A DNA stretch of 64,000 nucleotides from Myxococcota bacterium. GTDB lineage: Bacteria; Myxococcota_A; UBA9160; SZUA-336. The position numbers and the translations under genes are program-made. Numbering within the stretch: the stretch's first letter is position 1; each line of letters begins with the position of its first letter. The stretch is from assembly GCA_965247115.1 (NCBI GenBank), contig CBDFGR010000002.1, positions 2,016,001 to 2,080,000 on the forward strand. The letters run 5' to 3'. Of the stretch, positions 8,549 to 17,914 are shown piece after piece. Under the pieces are notes generated by a model. It saw only the letters and a program-made list of their open reading frames with translations. It did not search any database and was not told the origin of the DNA.

Positions 8549-10538
8549 CGTACTCGGACCTAGCGCAGCCGAACGGACTCGACATATCCTGATTGCGGGG
8601 CTCTGTCTGGGCCTGCTCGCAATGCAGGCGGACAAGGTTCATGCCCAGCAGTCGGCAGTCCATGGTGAATGGCGCAGCTACGGGGGCGACGGGGCAAGCA
8701 CGAAATACAGCCCTCTGGCGCAGATCGATCGCGACAACGTCAGCAGGCTCCGCGTGCTCTGGCGCCGGCCCGGCGTGGATCCAAAGCTCACCGAGACGTA
8801 TCCCGACCTGAACCCATCCAACGATTTCCGTGCGACGCCGCTCATGCTTGGGGGCGTGCTCTACTCATCGAACAGCGTCGGGTTGGTGGAAGCGATCGAT
8901 CCCGGGACCGGCGAGACGCTCTGGATTCAGGAACCGCTGCAAGAGGGATTCCAGGGCATGGCAGGGCGCAGTACGCGGGGGGTCGCTCACTGGAGTAGCG
9001 GCTCGAACCAGCGAGTCTTCTCGGTGCGAGGCGACTATCTCGTGTCGATGAGCGCGGAGACGGGAAGCCTGGATCGAGACTTCGGCGACGGCGGCAAGGT
9101 GGATCTGCGAAGGAACGGTCCTGCCCCACTTCCCGCCGGCGGGTCGGCAGGCCCCATCGTCGTGGCCGGCGTGGTCATTGTCGCGGGCGCTGGCGGCGAC
9201 GATTTTCCGATACTGAGGGAGGGGCCTGCGGAGGATATCCGGGGCTACGACGTGCGGACCGGTCGTCTGCGCTGGACGTTCCATGTAAGGCCGCAGCCGG
9301 GGGAGTTTGGATTCGAGACGTGGGAAGGCGACTCCTGGAAGCTCGCCGGGTCGATGGGCGGTTGGGCGCCCCTCACCGTTGATGACGAGCTGGGTTACAT
9401 CTACGTGGCCCTGTCGTCGCCCATGCACAGCTTCTACGGCGGGCACCGGCCTGGACAGAATCTCTTCGGCAACAGCCTCGTGTGCCTCGACGCCAGGACC
9501 GGTGAGCGGGTGTGGCACTACCAGCTCGTGCATCATGACCTGTGGGACTACGACCTGCCCGCGGCGCCGGTGCTCGGCGACATCACTGTCGATGGCAAGC
9601 CGATCAAGGCGGTGATGCAGATCACCAAACACGGCTTCCTGTTCGTGTTTGACCGCGTGACGGGGGAGCCCGTGTGGCCGATCGAAGAGCGGCCGGTGCC
9701 CGCGTCCACGACGCCGGGGGAGAAGGCGTGGCCGACACAGCCCTTCCCGACCAAGCCGGCCCCGTTCGACCGTCTGGGGGTCACGGTCGACGACTTGATC
9801 GACTTCACGCCGGAGCTGCGTGCAGAGGCGCTCGAGATCGTGAAGCCGTACGTGCTCGGGCCGATCTTCACGCCGCCGTCGGTGGCGGCGCCGGGACATA
9901 CCCTGGGTACGCTCACCCTGCCCTCGGCGTCTGGTGCAGGGAACTGGAACGGTGGGGCGTTCGACCCCGAGACGGGGATCTTCTACGTCGCCTCGCACAC
10001 GCACCCGTGGATCAACGATCTCATCAGGCCCCCCCCGTTGGTCGAGGCGACGACGCCGTACACCCATGGGCCGGCGTCGGACGGTCCCCTCGATTGCTGT
10101 GATCCGTACTTTCTCTACGGTCCGGACGACCTTCCGCTCGTCAAGCCGCCCTATGGGCGCATTACCGCGATCGATCTGAACACCGGCGAGCACGTGTGGA
10201 TGGCCCCCAACGGAGACGGACCGCGTAATCACCCGCGCTTGCGGCACCTGAATCTGCCCCCGCTTGGGCAGCAAGGCCGGCCGGCCCCTCTTCTCACCAA
10301 GACGCTGCTCTTCATCGGTGAGGGCGATCCGATCATCGTCGCGACCCCGAAAGGGGGTGGGGGAAGTAAGTTCCGCGCCTACGACAAGGCCACGGGCAGT
10401 GTCGTGTGGGAAACCGAGCTCGCGGCAGGGACCACGGGCGCGCCGATGAGCTACCTGTGGAACGGCAAGCAGTACATCGTGGTGGCCATTGGCGGCGAAG
10501 ATCACCCCGCCGAGTGGATGGCGCTCGGTCTTCCCTGA
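8538..10538 (+). CDS. Secreted PQQ-dependent dehydrogenase, quinoprotein glucose dehydrogenase-like, copy 1
   Basis: Signal peptide, YSPLAQIDRDNV, HHDLWDYD, QITKHG, FDRVTGEPVWPIEERPVP, KPPYGRITAIDL, GKQYIVVA; lacks the N-terminal membrane domain of mGDH. Confidence 0.9.
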   Translation: MDPNVLGPSAAERTRHILIAGLCLGLLAMQADKVHAQQSAVHGEWRSYGGDGASTKYSPLAQIDRDNVSRLRVLWRRPGVDPKLTETYPDLNPSNDFRATPLMLGGVLYSSNSVGLVEAIDPGTGETLWIQEPLQEGFQGMAGRSTRGVAHWSSGSNQRVFSVRGDYLVSMSAETGSLDRDFGDGGKVDLRRNGPAPLPAGGSAGPIVVAGVVIVAGAGGDDFPILREGPAEDIRGYDVRTGRLRWTFHVRPQPGEFGFETWEGDSWKLAGSMGGWAPLTVDDELGYIYVALSSPMHSFYGGHRPGQNLFGNSLVCLDARTGERVWHYQLVHHDLWDYDLPAAPVLGDITVDGKPIKAVMQITKHGFLFVFDRVTGEPVWPIEERPVPASTTPGEKAWPTQPFPTKPAPFDRLGVTVDDLIDFTPELRAEALEIVKPYVLGPIFTPPSVAAPGHTLGTLTLPSASGAGNWNGGAFDPETGIFYVASHTHPWINDLIRPPPLVEATTPYTHGPASDGPLDCCDPYFLYGPDDLPLVKPPYGRITAIDLNTGEHVWMAPNGDGPRNHPRLRHLNLPPLGQQGRPAPLLTKTLLFIGEGDPIIVATPKGGGGSKFRAYDKATGSVVWETELAAGTTGAPMSYLWNGKQYIVVAIGGEDHPAEWMALGLP

Positions 10539-10572
10539 GGCGCGCAGACTACAAGGCACGAGGAGGGGCGCG

Positions 10573-12579
10573 ATGGACACTAGCGTGGTCGGACCTAGCG
10601 CAGCCGAACGGACTCGACATATCCTGATTGCGGGGCTCTGTCTGGGCCTGCTCGCAACGCAGGCGGACAAGGTTCATGCCCAGCAGTCGGCAGTCCATGG
10701 TGAATGGCGCAGCTACGGGGGCGACGGGGCAAGCACGAAATACAGCCCACTGGAGCAGATCGATCGCGACAACGTCAGCAAGCTCCGGGTTCTCTGGCGC
10801 CGGTCGGGCGTGGATCCCAAGCTCACCGAGACGTTTCCCGACCTGAGCCCGTCCAACGACTTCCGCGCGACGCCGCTCATGATTGGTGGCGTGCTCTATA
10901 CGTCGAACAGCGTCGGCTTGGTGGAGGCGCTCGATCCCGGGACCGGTGAGACGCTCTGGATTCAGGAACCGATCCATGAGGGATTCCGGGGTGTGGCCGG
11001 GCGCAGCACGCGAGGGGTCGCTCACTGGAGCAGCGGTTCGAACCAACGGGTCTTCTCGGTGCAGGGCGACTATCTCGTGTCGATGAGCGCGGAGACGGGG
11101 AGCCTGGATCGAGGCTTTGGCGACGGCGGAAAGGTGGATCTGACGAGGGATGCCAGCACGACAACTCCCTTTCCCGACGGTGGGACGTCAGGACCCATCG
11201 TCGTTGGCGACGTGGTCATCGTTGGCGGCGGGGGCGGCGCTGATTTTCCGGTGCTGAGGGAGGGAGCTGCGGAGGACATCCGGGGCTATGACGCGCGGAC
11301 CGGCCGTCTGCGTTGGACCTTCCATGTGGTGCCGCGGCCGGGGGAGTTCGGATCCGAGACGTGGGAAGACGACTCCTGGAAGCTCGGCGGGGCCATCGGC
11401 GCCTGGCCGCCCCTCACTGTGGATGAGGAGCTGGGCTACCTCTATCTGCCCCTGTCGTCTCCGGCGCACGCCTTCTACGGTGGGCACCGGCCAGGACAGA
11501 ATCTCTACGGCAACAGCCTTGTGTGCCTCGACGCCAGGACCGGCGAGCGGGTGTGGCACTACCAGCTCGTGCATCATGACCTGTGGGACTACGACCTGGC
11601 GTCGGCGCCGGTGCTCGGCGACATCATCGTCGCTGGGAAGCCCATCAAGGCGGTGATGCAGATCACCAAGCACGGCTTCCTGTTCGTGTTTGACCGCGTG
11701 ACGGGGGAGCCGGTGTGGCCGATTGAAGAACGGCCGGTGCCTGCGTCCACGACGCCCGGGGAGAGGGCGTGGGCGACACAGCCCTTCCCGACCAAGCCGG
11801 CCCCGTTCGACCGTCAGGGGCTTACCGTCGACGATCTGATCGATTTCACGCCGGAGCTGCGGGCGGAGGCGCTCGAGATCGTCAAGCCCTACGTGCTCGG
11901 GCCGATGTTCACGCCGCCGTCGGTGGCGGCTCCGGGACATACCCTGGGTACGCTCACGCTTCCCGGTACGGCTGGTGGGGGGAACTGGAACGGTGGGGCG
12001 TTCGACCCCGAGACGGGGATCTTCTATGTCGCCTCGCACACGCACCCGTGGCTGAGCGATCTCGTCAGGCCCGACCCGTTGGTCGAGGCGACGACGCCCT
12101 ACACCCATGGGGGGTCGAACCCCGAGGTGAGCACGTGCTGTCAGCAGTTCGAAATCTATGGCCCGGAGGGCCTGCCGCTCGTGAAGCCGCCCTATGGCCG
12201 CATCACCGCGATCGATATGAACACAGGCGAGCACGTGTGGATGGCCCCCAATGGAGACGGGCCGCGCGATCACCCGCGCTTGCGACACCTGAATCTGCCC
12301 CCGCTGGGACAGCAGGGTCGGGCGGCGCCCCTTCTCACAAAGACGCTGCTCTTCATCGGTGAGGGCGACCCGATCATCATTTCGACGCCTTGGGGCGGTG
12401 GCGGAAACAAGTTCCGCGCCTACGACAAGGCCACGGGCAGTGTCGTGTGGGAAACCGAGTTCGAGGCAGGGACCACCGGAGCCCCGATGAGCTACCTGTG
12501 GAACGGCAAGCAGTACATCGTGGTGGCCATCGGAGGCGAGGATCACCCCGCTGAGTGGGTGGCGCTGGGTCTTCCCTGA
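10573..12579 (+). CDS. Secreted PQQ GDH-like dehydrogenase, copy 2
   Basis: Same motifs as copy 1; GAGGAGG RBS. Confidence 0.9.
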   Translation: MDTSVVGPSAAERTRHILIAGLCLGLLATQADKVHAQQSAVHGEWRSYGGDGASTKYSPLEQIDRDNVSKLRVLWRRSGVDPKLTETFPDLSPSNDFRATPLMIGGVLYTSNSVGLVEALDPGTGETLWIQEPIHEGFRGVAGRSTRGVAHWSSGSNQRVFSVQGDYLVSMSAETGSLDRGFGDGGKVDLTRDASTTTPFPDGGTSGPIVVGDVVIVGGGGGADFPVLREGAAEDIRGYDARTGRLRWTFHVVPRPGEFGSETWEDDSWKLGGAIGAWPPLTVDEELGYLYLPLSSPAHAFYGGHRPGQNLYGNSLVCLDARTGERVWHYQLVHHDLWDYDLASAPVLGDIIVAGKPIKAVMQITKHGFLFVFDRVTGEPVWPIEERPVPASTTPGERAWATQPFPTKPAPFDRQGLTVDDLIDFTPELRAEALEIVKPYVLGPMFTPPSVAAPGHTLGTLTLPGTAGGGNWNGGAFDPETGIFYVASHTHPWLSDLVRPDPLVEATTPYTHGGSNPEVSTCCQQFEIYGPEGLPLVKPPYGRITAIDMNTGEHVWMAPNGDGPRDHPRLRHLNLPPLGQQGRAAPLLTKTLLFIGEGDPIIISTPWGGGGNKFRAYDKATGSVVWETEFEAGTTGAPMSYLWNGKQYIVVAIGGEDHPAEWVALGLP

Positions 12580-12611
12580 GGTGAATGATCACGCAGAACG
12601 AGGAGGATGTG

Positions 12612-14609
12612 ATGGACGCTGGCAAGACACGAACTCGACGGATCCTGATTGCGGGGCTCTGCTTGGGCCTCCTGGTAGTACAGGCGAATAAGGTCCTTGC
12701 CCAGCAGTCGGCGCTCCACGGTGAGTGGCGCAGCTATTCGAGCGACAAGGCAAATACAAAGTACACACCGCTCGAGCAGATCGATCGTGACAACGTCAGC
12801 GAGCTTCGCGTGCTCTGGCGCCGGCCAGGTGTGGATCCCAAGCTCACCGAGACGTTTCCCGACCTCGACCCATCCAACGATTTCCGCGCGACGCCGCTCA
12901 TGATTGGCGGCGTGCTCTACGCATCGAACGCTGTCGGGTTGGTGGAAGCCTTCGATCCCGCGACGGGGGAGACGCTCTGGATCCAGGAGCCGGTGTATGA
13001 GGGATTTCGGGGCGTGGCCGGGCGCAGCATGCGGGGGGTCGCTCAATGGAGCAGCGGTTCGAGCCAGCGCATCTTCGCGGTGCGAGGCAACGATCTCGTG
13101 TCGATGAGCGCGGAGACGGGCAGCCTGGTTCGGGGCTTCGGCGACGGCGGCAAGGTGGACCTGAAGAGAGTCGGCCCCGGCCCCAGTCCGGCATTCGGGG
13201 ACGGCGGCACAGCTGGCCCCATCGTCGTGGGCGACGTGGTCATCGTCGGCGGCGGGGGCCGCGGCGATTTCCCTGTGGTGGAAGAGGGAACTCCGGAGGA
13301 TATTCGGGCCTATGACGTGCAGACCGGCCGTCCGCGCTGGACCTTCCATGTAAAACCGCAACCGGGGGAGTTCGGATTCGAGACGTGGGAAGACGGCTCC
13401 TGGGAGATCGGCGGGGCCATGGGCGCGTGGCCACCCCTCACCGTGGATGAGGAGCTCGGCTACATCTATGTGCCCCTGTCGTCTCCCATGCACAGCTTCT
13501 ACGGGGGCCACCGGCCCGGACAGAATCTCTTCGCCAACAGCCTCGTGTGCCTCGACGCCAGGACCGGCGAGCGGGTGTGGCACCACCAGCTCGTGCATCA
13601 CGACCTGTGGGAGTACGACATGGCGTCGGCGCCGGTGCTCGGCGACATCACCGTCCGTGGGAAGCTCATCAAGGCGGTGATGCAGCTCACGAAGCACGGC
13701 TTCCTGTTCGTGTTCGACCGCGTGACGGGGGAGCCCGTGTGGCCGATTGAAGAGCGGCAGGTGCCGGCGTCCACCGCGCCAGGGGAGAGGGCCTGGCCGA
13801 CACAGCCGTTCCCGACCAAGCCGGCCCCGTTCGATCGACAAGGGGTGAGCGTCGACGATCTGATTGACTTTACACCGGAGCTGCGTGCCGAGGCGCTCGA
13901 GATCGTCAAGTCGTACGTGCTCGGCCCGCTCTTCACGCCGCCGTCGGTGGCGGCCGAGGGGCATACCCTGGGTACGATCACCCTGCCGGGCGCAGCGGGT
14001 GGCGCGAACTGGAACGGTGGGGCCTTCGACCCCGAGACGGGGGTCTTCTACGTCCCCTCTCATACGCACCCGTGGCGGAACGATCTCGTCAGGCCGCCCG
14101 CGCTGATCGAGGCGACGACGCCGTACATGCATGGGCCAGCGGTGCTGCTCACCTCGGGTGACTCGTGTTGTGAGCAGTTCGAGATCTATGGCCCGGAAGG
14201 CCTGCCACTCGTCAAGCCGCCGTACGGGCGCATCACCGCGATCGATCTGAATACGGGCGAGCACGTGTGGATGGCTCCCAATGGAGATGGGCCACGCAAT
14301 CACCCGCGCTTGCGACACCTGAACCTGCCCCCCCTGGGGCAGGAGGGCCGGGCGGCTCCTCTTCTCACGAAGACGCTGCTCTTCATCGGCGAGGGCGATC
14401 CGATCATTGTTGGTACGCCTCGAGGCGGTGGGGGAAACAAGTTTCGCGCCTTCGACAAGGCCACGGGCGACGTGCTGTGGGAGACCGCGTTCGAGGCGGG
14501 GACCACCGGAGCGCCGATGAGCTACCTGCACAACGGCAAGCAGTACATCGTGGTGGCCATCGGGGGCGAAGATCACGCCGCCGAGTGGGTCGCGCTGGGT
14601 CTTCCCTGA
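12612..14609 (+). CDS. Secreted PQQ GDH-like dehydrogenase, copy 3 (HHDLWEYD variant)
   Basis: Same motifs; GAGGAGG RBS before ATG 12612. Confidence 0.9.
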   Translation: MDAGKTRTRRILIAGLCLGLLVVQANKVLAQQSALHGEWRSYSSDKANTKYTPLEQIDRDNVSELRVLWRRPGVDPKLTETFPDLDPSNDFRATPLMIGGVLYASNAVGLVEAFDPATGETLWIQEPVYEGFRGVAGRSMRGVAQWSSGSSQRIFAVRGNDLVSMSAETGSLVRGFGDGGKVDLKRVGPGPSPAFGDGGTAGPIVVGDVVIVGGGGRGDFPVVEEGTPEDIRAYDVQTGRPRWTFHVKPQPGEFGFETWEDGSWEIGGAMGAWPPLTVDEELGYIYVPLSSPMHSFYGGHRPGQNLFANSLVCLDARTGERVWHHQLVHHDLWEYDMASAPVLGDITVRGKLIKAVMQLTKHGFLFVFDRVTGEPVWPIEERQVPASTAPGERAWPTQPFPTKPAPFDRQGVSVDDLIDFTPELRAEALEIVKSYVLGPLFTPPSVAAEGHTLGTITLPGAAGGANWNGGAFDPETGVFYVPSHTHPWRNDLVRPPALIEATTPYMHGPAVLLTSGDSCCEQFEIYGPEGLPLVKPPYGRITAIDLNTGEHVWMAPNGDGPRNHPRLRHLNLPPLGQEGRAAPLLTKTLLFIGEGDPIIVGTPRGGGGNKFRAFDKATGDVLWETAFEAGTTGAPMSYLHNGKQYIVVAIGGEDHAAEWVALGLP

Positions 14610-14634
14610 GACGAAAAGAACGAGGAGGGGTGCG

Positions 14635-16647
14635 ATGGACGGACCAACCGCTGCGGAGAAACGAATTCGACGGATCCTGCTTGGGGGGCTCTGCTTGTGC
14701 CTCCTCGGAGTGCAGGCGGACAAGCTCCATGCGGAGCAGTCGGCCTTCCACGGTGAGTGGCGCAGCTACGCGAGCGACAAGGCAAACACGAAGTACACGC
14801 CGCTGGCGCAGATCGATCGTGACAACGTCGGCAAGCTTCGCGTTCTCTGGCGCCGGCCTGCTCTCGATCCAGGGCTCAGCGAGACGTTTCCTGACCTGAA
14901 CCCATCGGACGCTCTCCAGGCGACGCCGCTCATGCTTGGCGGCGTCCTCTACACATCGAACAGCGTCGGGTTGGTGGAAGCACTCGATCCCGGAACCGGC
15001 GAGACGCTTTGGGTGCAAGAGCCGCTCCATGAGGGATTTCGGGGCGTGGCAGGGCGCAGCACGCGGGGGGTTGCCCACTGGAGCAGCGATTCGAGCCAGC
15101 GAATCTTCTCGGTGCGAGGCGACTACCTCGTGTCGATGAGCGCGGAGACGGGAAGCTTGGTTCGAGGCTTTGGCGATGGCGGAAAGGTGAACCTGAAGAG
15201 GGACGGCCCCCCTGAGCCGTTTCCCGCCGGCGGGACATCCGGCCCCATCGTGGTGGCCGACGTGGTCATCGTCGGCGGCGGCCGCGCCGGCAGCGATTTT
15301 CCGGTGGTGAAGGAGGGAATTCCGGCGGAGGATATCCGGGCCTATGACGTGCGGACCGGCCGTCTGCGCTGGACCTTCCACGTGAAGCCGCGCCCGGGGG
15401 AATTCGGCTTCGAGACATGGGAGGACGACTCCTGGAAGATCGGCGGCGCCATCGGCGCATGGCCACCTCTCACGGTTGATGAGGAGCTGGGTTACGTCTA
15501 TCTGCCGCTGTCCTCGCCCATGCACAGCTTCTACGGCGGCCACCGGCCGGGACAGACTCTCTTTGCCAACAGCCTCGTCTGCGTCGACGGCCGGACCGGC
15601 GAGCGCGTGTGGCACTACCAGTTCGTGCATCACGACCTGTGGGACTACGACCCGGCGTCGGCTCCGGTGCTCGGCGACATCACCGTCGACGGGAAGCCCA
15701 TCAAGGCGGTGATGCAGCTCACCAAGCAGGGCTTCATGTTCGTGTTCGACCGCGTGACGGGGGAGCCGGTGTGGCCGATCGAGGAGCGGCCTGTAGCGGC
15801 GTCCACGACGCCGGGGGAGAGGGCGTGGCCGACACAGCCCTTCCCCACCAAGCCGGCGCCGTTCGACCGTCAGGGCGTTACCGTCGACGATCTGATCGAT
15901 TTCACGCCGGAGCTGCGCGCCGAGGCGCTCGAGATCGCTAAGCAGTACGTCCTCGGACCGCTGTTCACGCCGCCCTCGGTGGCGGCTCCGGGACATACCC
16001 AGGGCACGCTCACCCTTCCCGGCGCGGCTGGTGGCGCGAACTGGAATGGTGGGGCGTTCGACCCCGAGACGGGAATCTTCTACGTCCCCTCCCACACGCA
16101 CCCCTGGGTGAACGATCTCGTCAGGCCCCCGCCGTTGCTCGAGGCGACGACGCCATACATGCACGGCCCGCAGGAGGCGGGCCCGCTGACGTCGGTCAGC
16201 GACTGCTGTGCGCAGTACGAGATCGCTGGCCCGGACGGCCTGCCGCTCGTCAAGCCGCCCTATGGGCGCATCACGGCAATCGACATGAACACCGGCGAGC
16301 ACGTGTGGATGACCCCCAACGGAGATGGGCCACGCAATCACCCGCGCTTGCGGCACCTGAACCTTCCTCCCCTGGGGCAGCAAGGCCGGGCCTCTCCTCT
16401 TCTCACGAAGACACTGCTCTTCATCGGTGAGGGCGACCCGAGCATCGTGGCGACCCCGAAGGGCGGTGGGGGAAACAAGTTCCGCGCCTACGACAAGGCC
16501 ACGGGCGACGTCCTGTGGGAAACCGCGCTGGCGGCGGGCACCACCGGAGCGCCGATGAGTTATCTCTGGAACGGCAAGCAGTACATCGTGGTGGCCATCG
16601 GGGGCGTCGATCACGCCGCCGAGTGGGTGGCGCTGGGTCTCCCCTGA
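14635..16647 (+). CDS. Secreted PQQ GDH-like dehydrogenase, copy 4
   Basis: Same motifs; GAGGAGG RBS. Confidence 0.9.
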   Translation: MDGPTAAEKRIRRILLGGLCLCLLGVQADKLHAEQSAFHGEWRSYASDKANTKYTPLAQIDRDNVGKLRVLWRRPALDPGLSETFPDLNPSDALQATPLMLGGVLYTSNSVGLVEALDPGTGETLWVQEPLHEGFRGVAGRSTRGVAHWSSDSSQRIFSVRGDYLVSMSAETGSLVRGFGDGGKVNLKRDGPPEPFPAGGTSGPIVVADVVIVGGGRAGSDFPVVKEGIPAEDIRAYDVRTGRLRWTFHVKPRPGEFGFETWEDDSWKIGGAIGAWPPLTVDEELGYVYLPLSSPMHSFYGGHRPGQTLFANSLVCVDGRTGERVWHYQFVHHDLWDYDPASAPVLGDITVDGKPIKAVMQLTKQGFMFVFDRVTGEPVWPIEERPVAASTTPGERAWPTQPFPTKPAPFDRQGVTVDDLIDFTPELRAEALEIAKQYVLGPLFTPPSVAAPGHTQGTLTLPGAAGGANWNGGAFDPETGIFYVPSHTHPWVNDLVRPPPLLEATTPYMHGPQEAGPLTSVSDCCAQYEIAGPDGLPLVKPPYGRITAIDMNTGEHVWMTPNGDGPRNHPRLRHLNLPPLGQQGRASPLLTKTLLFIGEGDPSIVATPKGGGGNKFRAYDKATGDVLWETALAAGTTGAPMSYLWNGKQYIVVAIGGVDHAAEWVALGLP

Positions 16648-16695
16648 AGCGGACTGAGAGAATAGAGCGTGTCATCGCATCGCGCGGACTTCCCG

Positions 16696-16830
16696 ATGAA
16701 CTGCGCGGGTAGCGAGATCGACATCACAGCGGAGGAGCGCGTGGGACCGATCGTGCGCCGCAGCGGTCCGTTCTGCATCTGCACCGGTCTCGTCGACTAC
16801 TACAACCAGCGCAAGGAGCTCGTCGCTGCC
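16696..16830 (+). pseudogene. Remnant of a MaoC/hot-dog dehydratase C-terminus
   Basis: MNCAGSEI-DITAEERVGPIVRRSGPFCICTGLVDYYNQRKELVA resembles the G-S-E...D-x-I-T-A...G-R-S-G-P...Y-x-N-Q-R-G-E-L-V-A pattern of hot-dog dehydratases, with internal deletions. Confidence 0.5.
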
Positions 16831-16837
16831 AAAACCC

Positions 16838-17722
16838 TCAGCGGGTGCGTGGCGGGCCGCGCTCGATCAGCTCGCGGGCCTTCTCGAGGCTTCCCGGTGC
16901 ATCGCTCAGCCACTCGAGCCACCAGGTAGCGCCGGCCTCCCGGTATTCCACGAGCTTGGCCGCAGCGGCGGCCGGGTCATCGTTCGCGGTCGAGCCGGCC
17001 GCAACCAGCTCGAAGGGGTCGCCGGTCTTGCGTTCTTTCGCGAAGAACTCGCTCACCTCCCGATAGCGAGCTGGGGGGAGCCACATCTGCTGAAAGCCGA
17101 CGCCGTCGTCCTGGGCGCCCGGCTCGAAGGAGTCGACCGCCGCCAGCGGGAAGCACCCATCCCAGCGCGCGGCGCGCCGGAATGGCCTTCGATTGGGCCA
17201 GAAGCCGCCGACCCAGACGGGGATGCGCGGCGTCTGCACGGGCTTCGGCCGGAGCACGGTGTGGTGAACCTGGTAGTGCTTTCCTTCGAACGTGTACGGC
17301 TCGTCGCCAAACAGGCCGTGGAGGACCTCCAGCCCCTCGTCGAGCTTCTCAGCTAGCACTTTGAGATCCCCATCCTCGCCCAGGTTCCCGAAGTCCTCGT
17401 CGGGCGGTCCACCGAGACCGACGCCGAGGACGACGCGACCGCCGCTCAGATGATCCAGGGTCGCGAGCTCCTTGGCGAGCTGCCACGGTCGACGCCGGGC
17501 GAGGGGCGTGATCATCGGCCCGATCCGGATCCGCTGCGTAGCCACGGCGACGCCGCTGAGCGTCACGAACGCCTCGGCCAGGGGCAGCTCACTCATGAAC
17601 ACGAGATGATCAAAAACGAAGTAGCCGTCCCAGCCCGCCTCTTCGGCGGCTGTGGCGAGCTCCACGTGGACCCGAGGATCTGCGTACTCCGCGAGGGTCG
17701 GCGCGTAAATTCCAGAGCGCAT
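16838..17722 (-). CDS. LLM-class flavin-dependent oxidoreductase
   Basis: AEEAGWDGYFVFDH, ATQRIRIGPMITPLARRRPW, TLDHLSGGRVVLGVGLG, PKPVQTPRIPVWVGG. Confidence 0.9.
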   Translation of the reverse strand: MRSGIYAPTLAEYADPRVHVELATAAEEAGWDGYFVFDHLVFMSELPLAEAFVTLSGVAVATQRIRIGPMITPLARRRPWQLAKELATLDHLSGGRVVLGVGLGGPPDEDFGNLGEDGDLKVLAEKLDEGLEVLHGLFGDEPYTFEGKHYQVHHTVLRPKPVQTPRIPVWVGGFWPNRRPFRRAARWDGCFPLAAVDSFEPGAQDDGVGFQQMWLPPARYREVSEFFAKERKTGDPFELVAAGSTANDDPAAAAAKLVEYREAGATWWLEWLSDAPGSLEKARELIERGPPRTR

Positions 17723-17914
17723 CTCGCGACTATAGCCGAAGTGGGGCTCGCTCGGGGCTGATGCGCTCGTCGGAACTCAAGGAACCCGCATAAACTTCCA
17801 TCCGTTGACACACACCCCTGCTCCCGCAGCCTGATCCGCGGTTAGCTCGTCGGCGAGCTGGTAGGATGACCGTGGCGTGCACTTGGATTGCTCCGCGCGT
17901 GCGTCGGTACGACC

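Noticed and set aside
9530..9560. WDYD as proof of lanthanide dependence
   Set aside because: GDH-type quinoproteins also carry D-x-D here, so the motif is not diagnostic outside MDH/ADH clades
17..16614. Long antisense ORFs (17-1882, 8865-10670, 12543-14723, 14404-16614)
   Set aside because: Shadow frames of high-GC genes; they recur only because the sense genes are paralogous, and carry no domain motifs
8538..16647. Diversity-generating retroelement or shufflon driving paralogue variation
   Set aside because: No reverse transcriptase or recombinase in the window; differences include indels and are not visibly adenine-specific
17805..17835. TTGACA promoter for the outer-membrane gene
   Set aside because: No convincing -10 at 16-18 bp spacing
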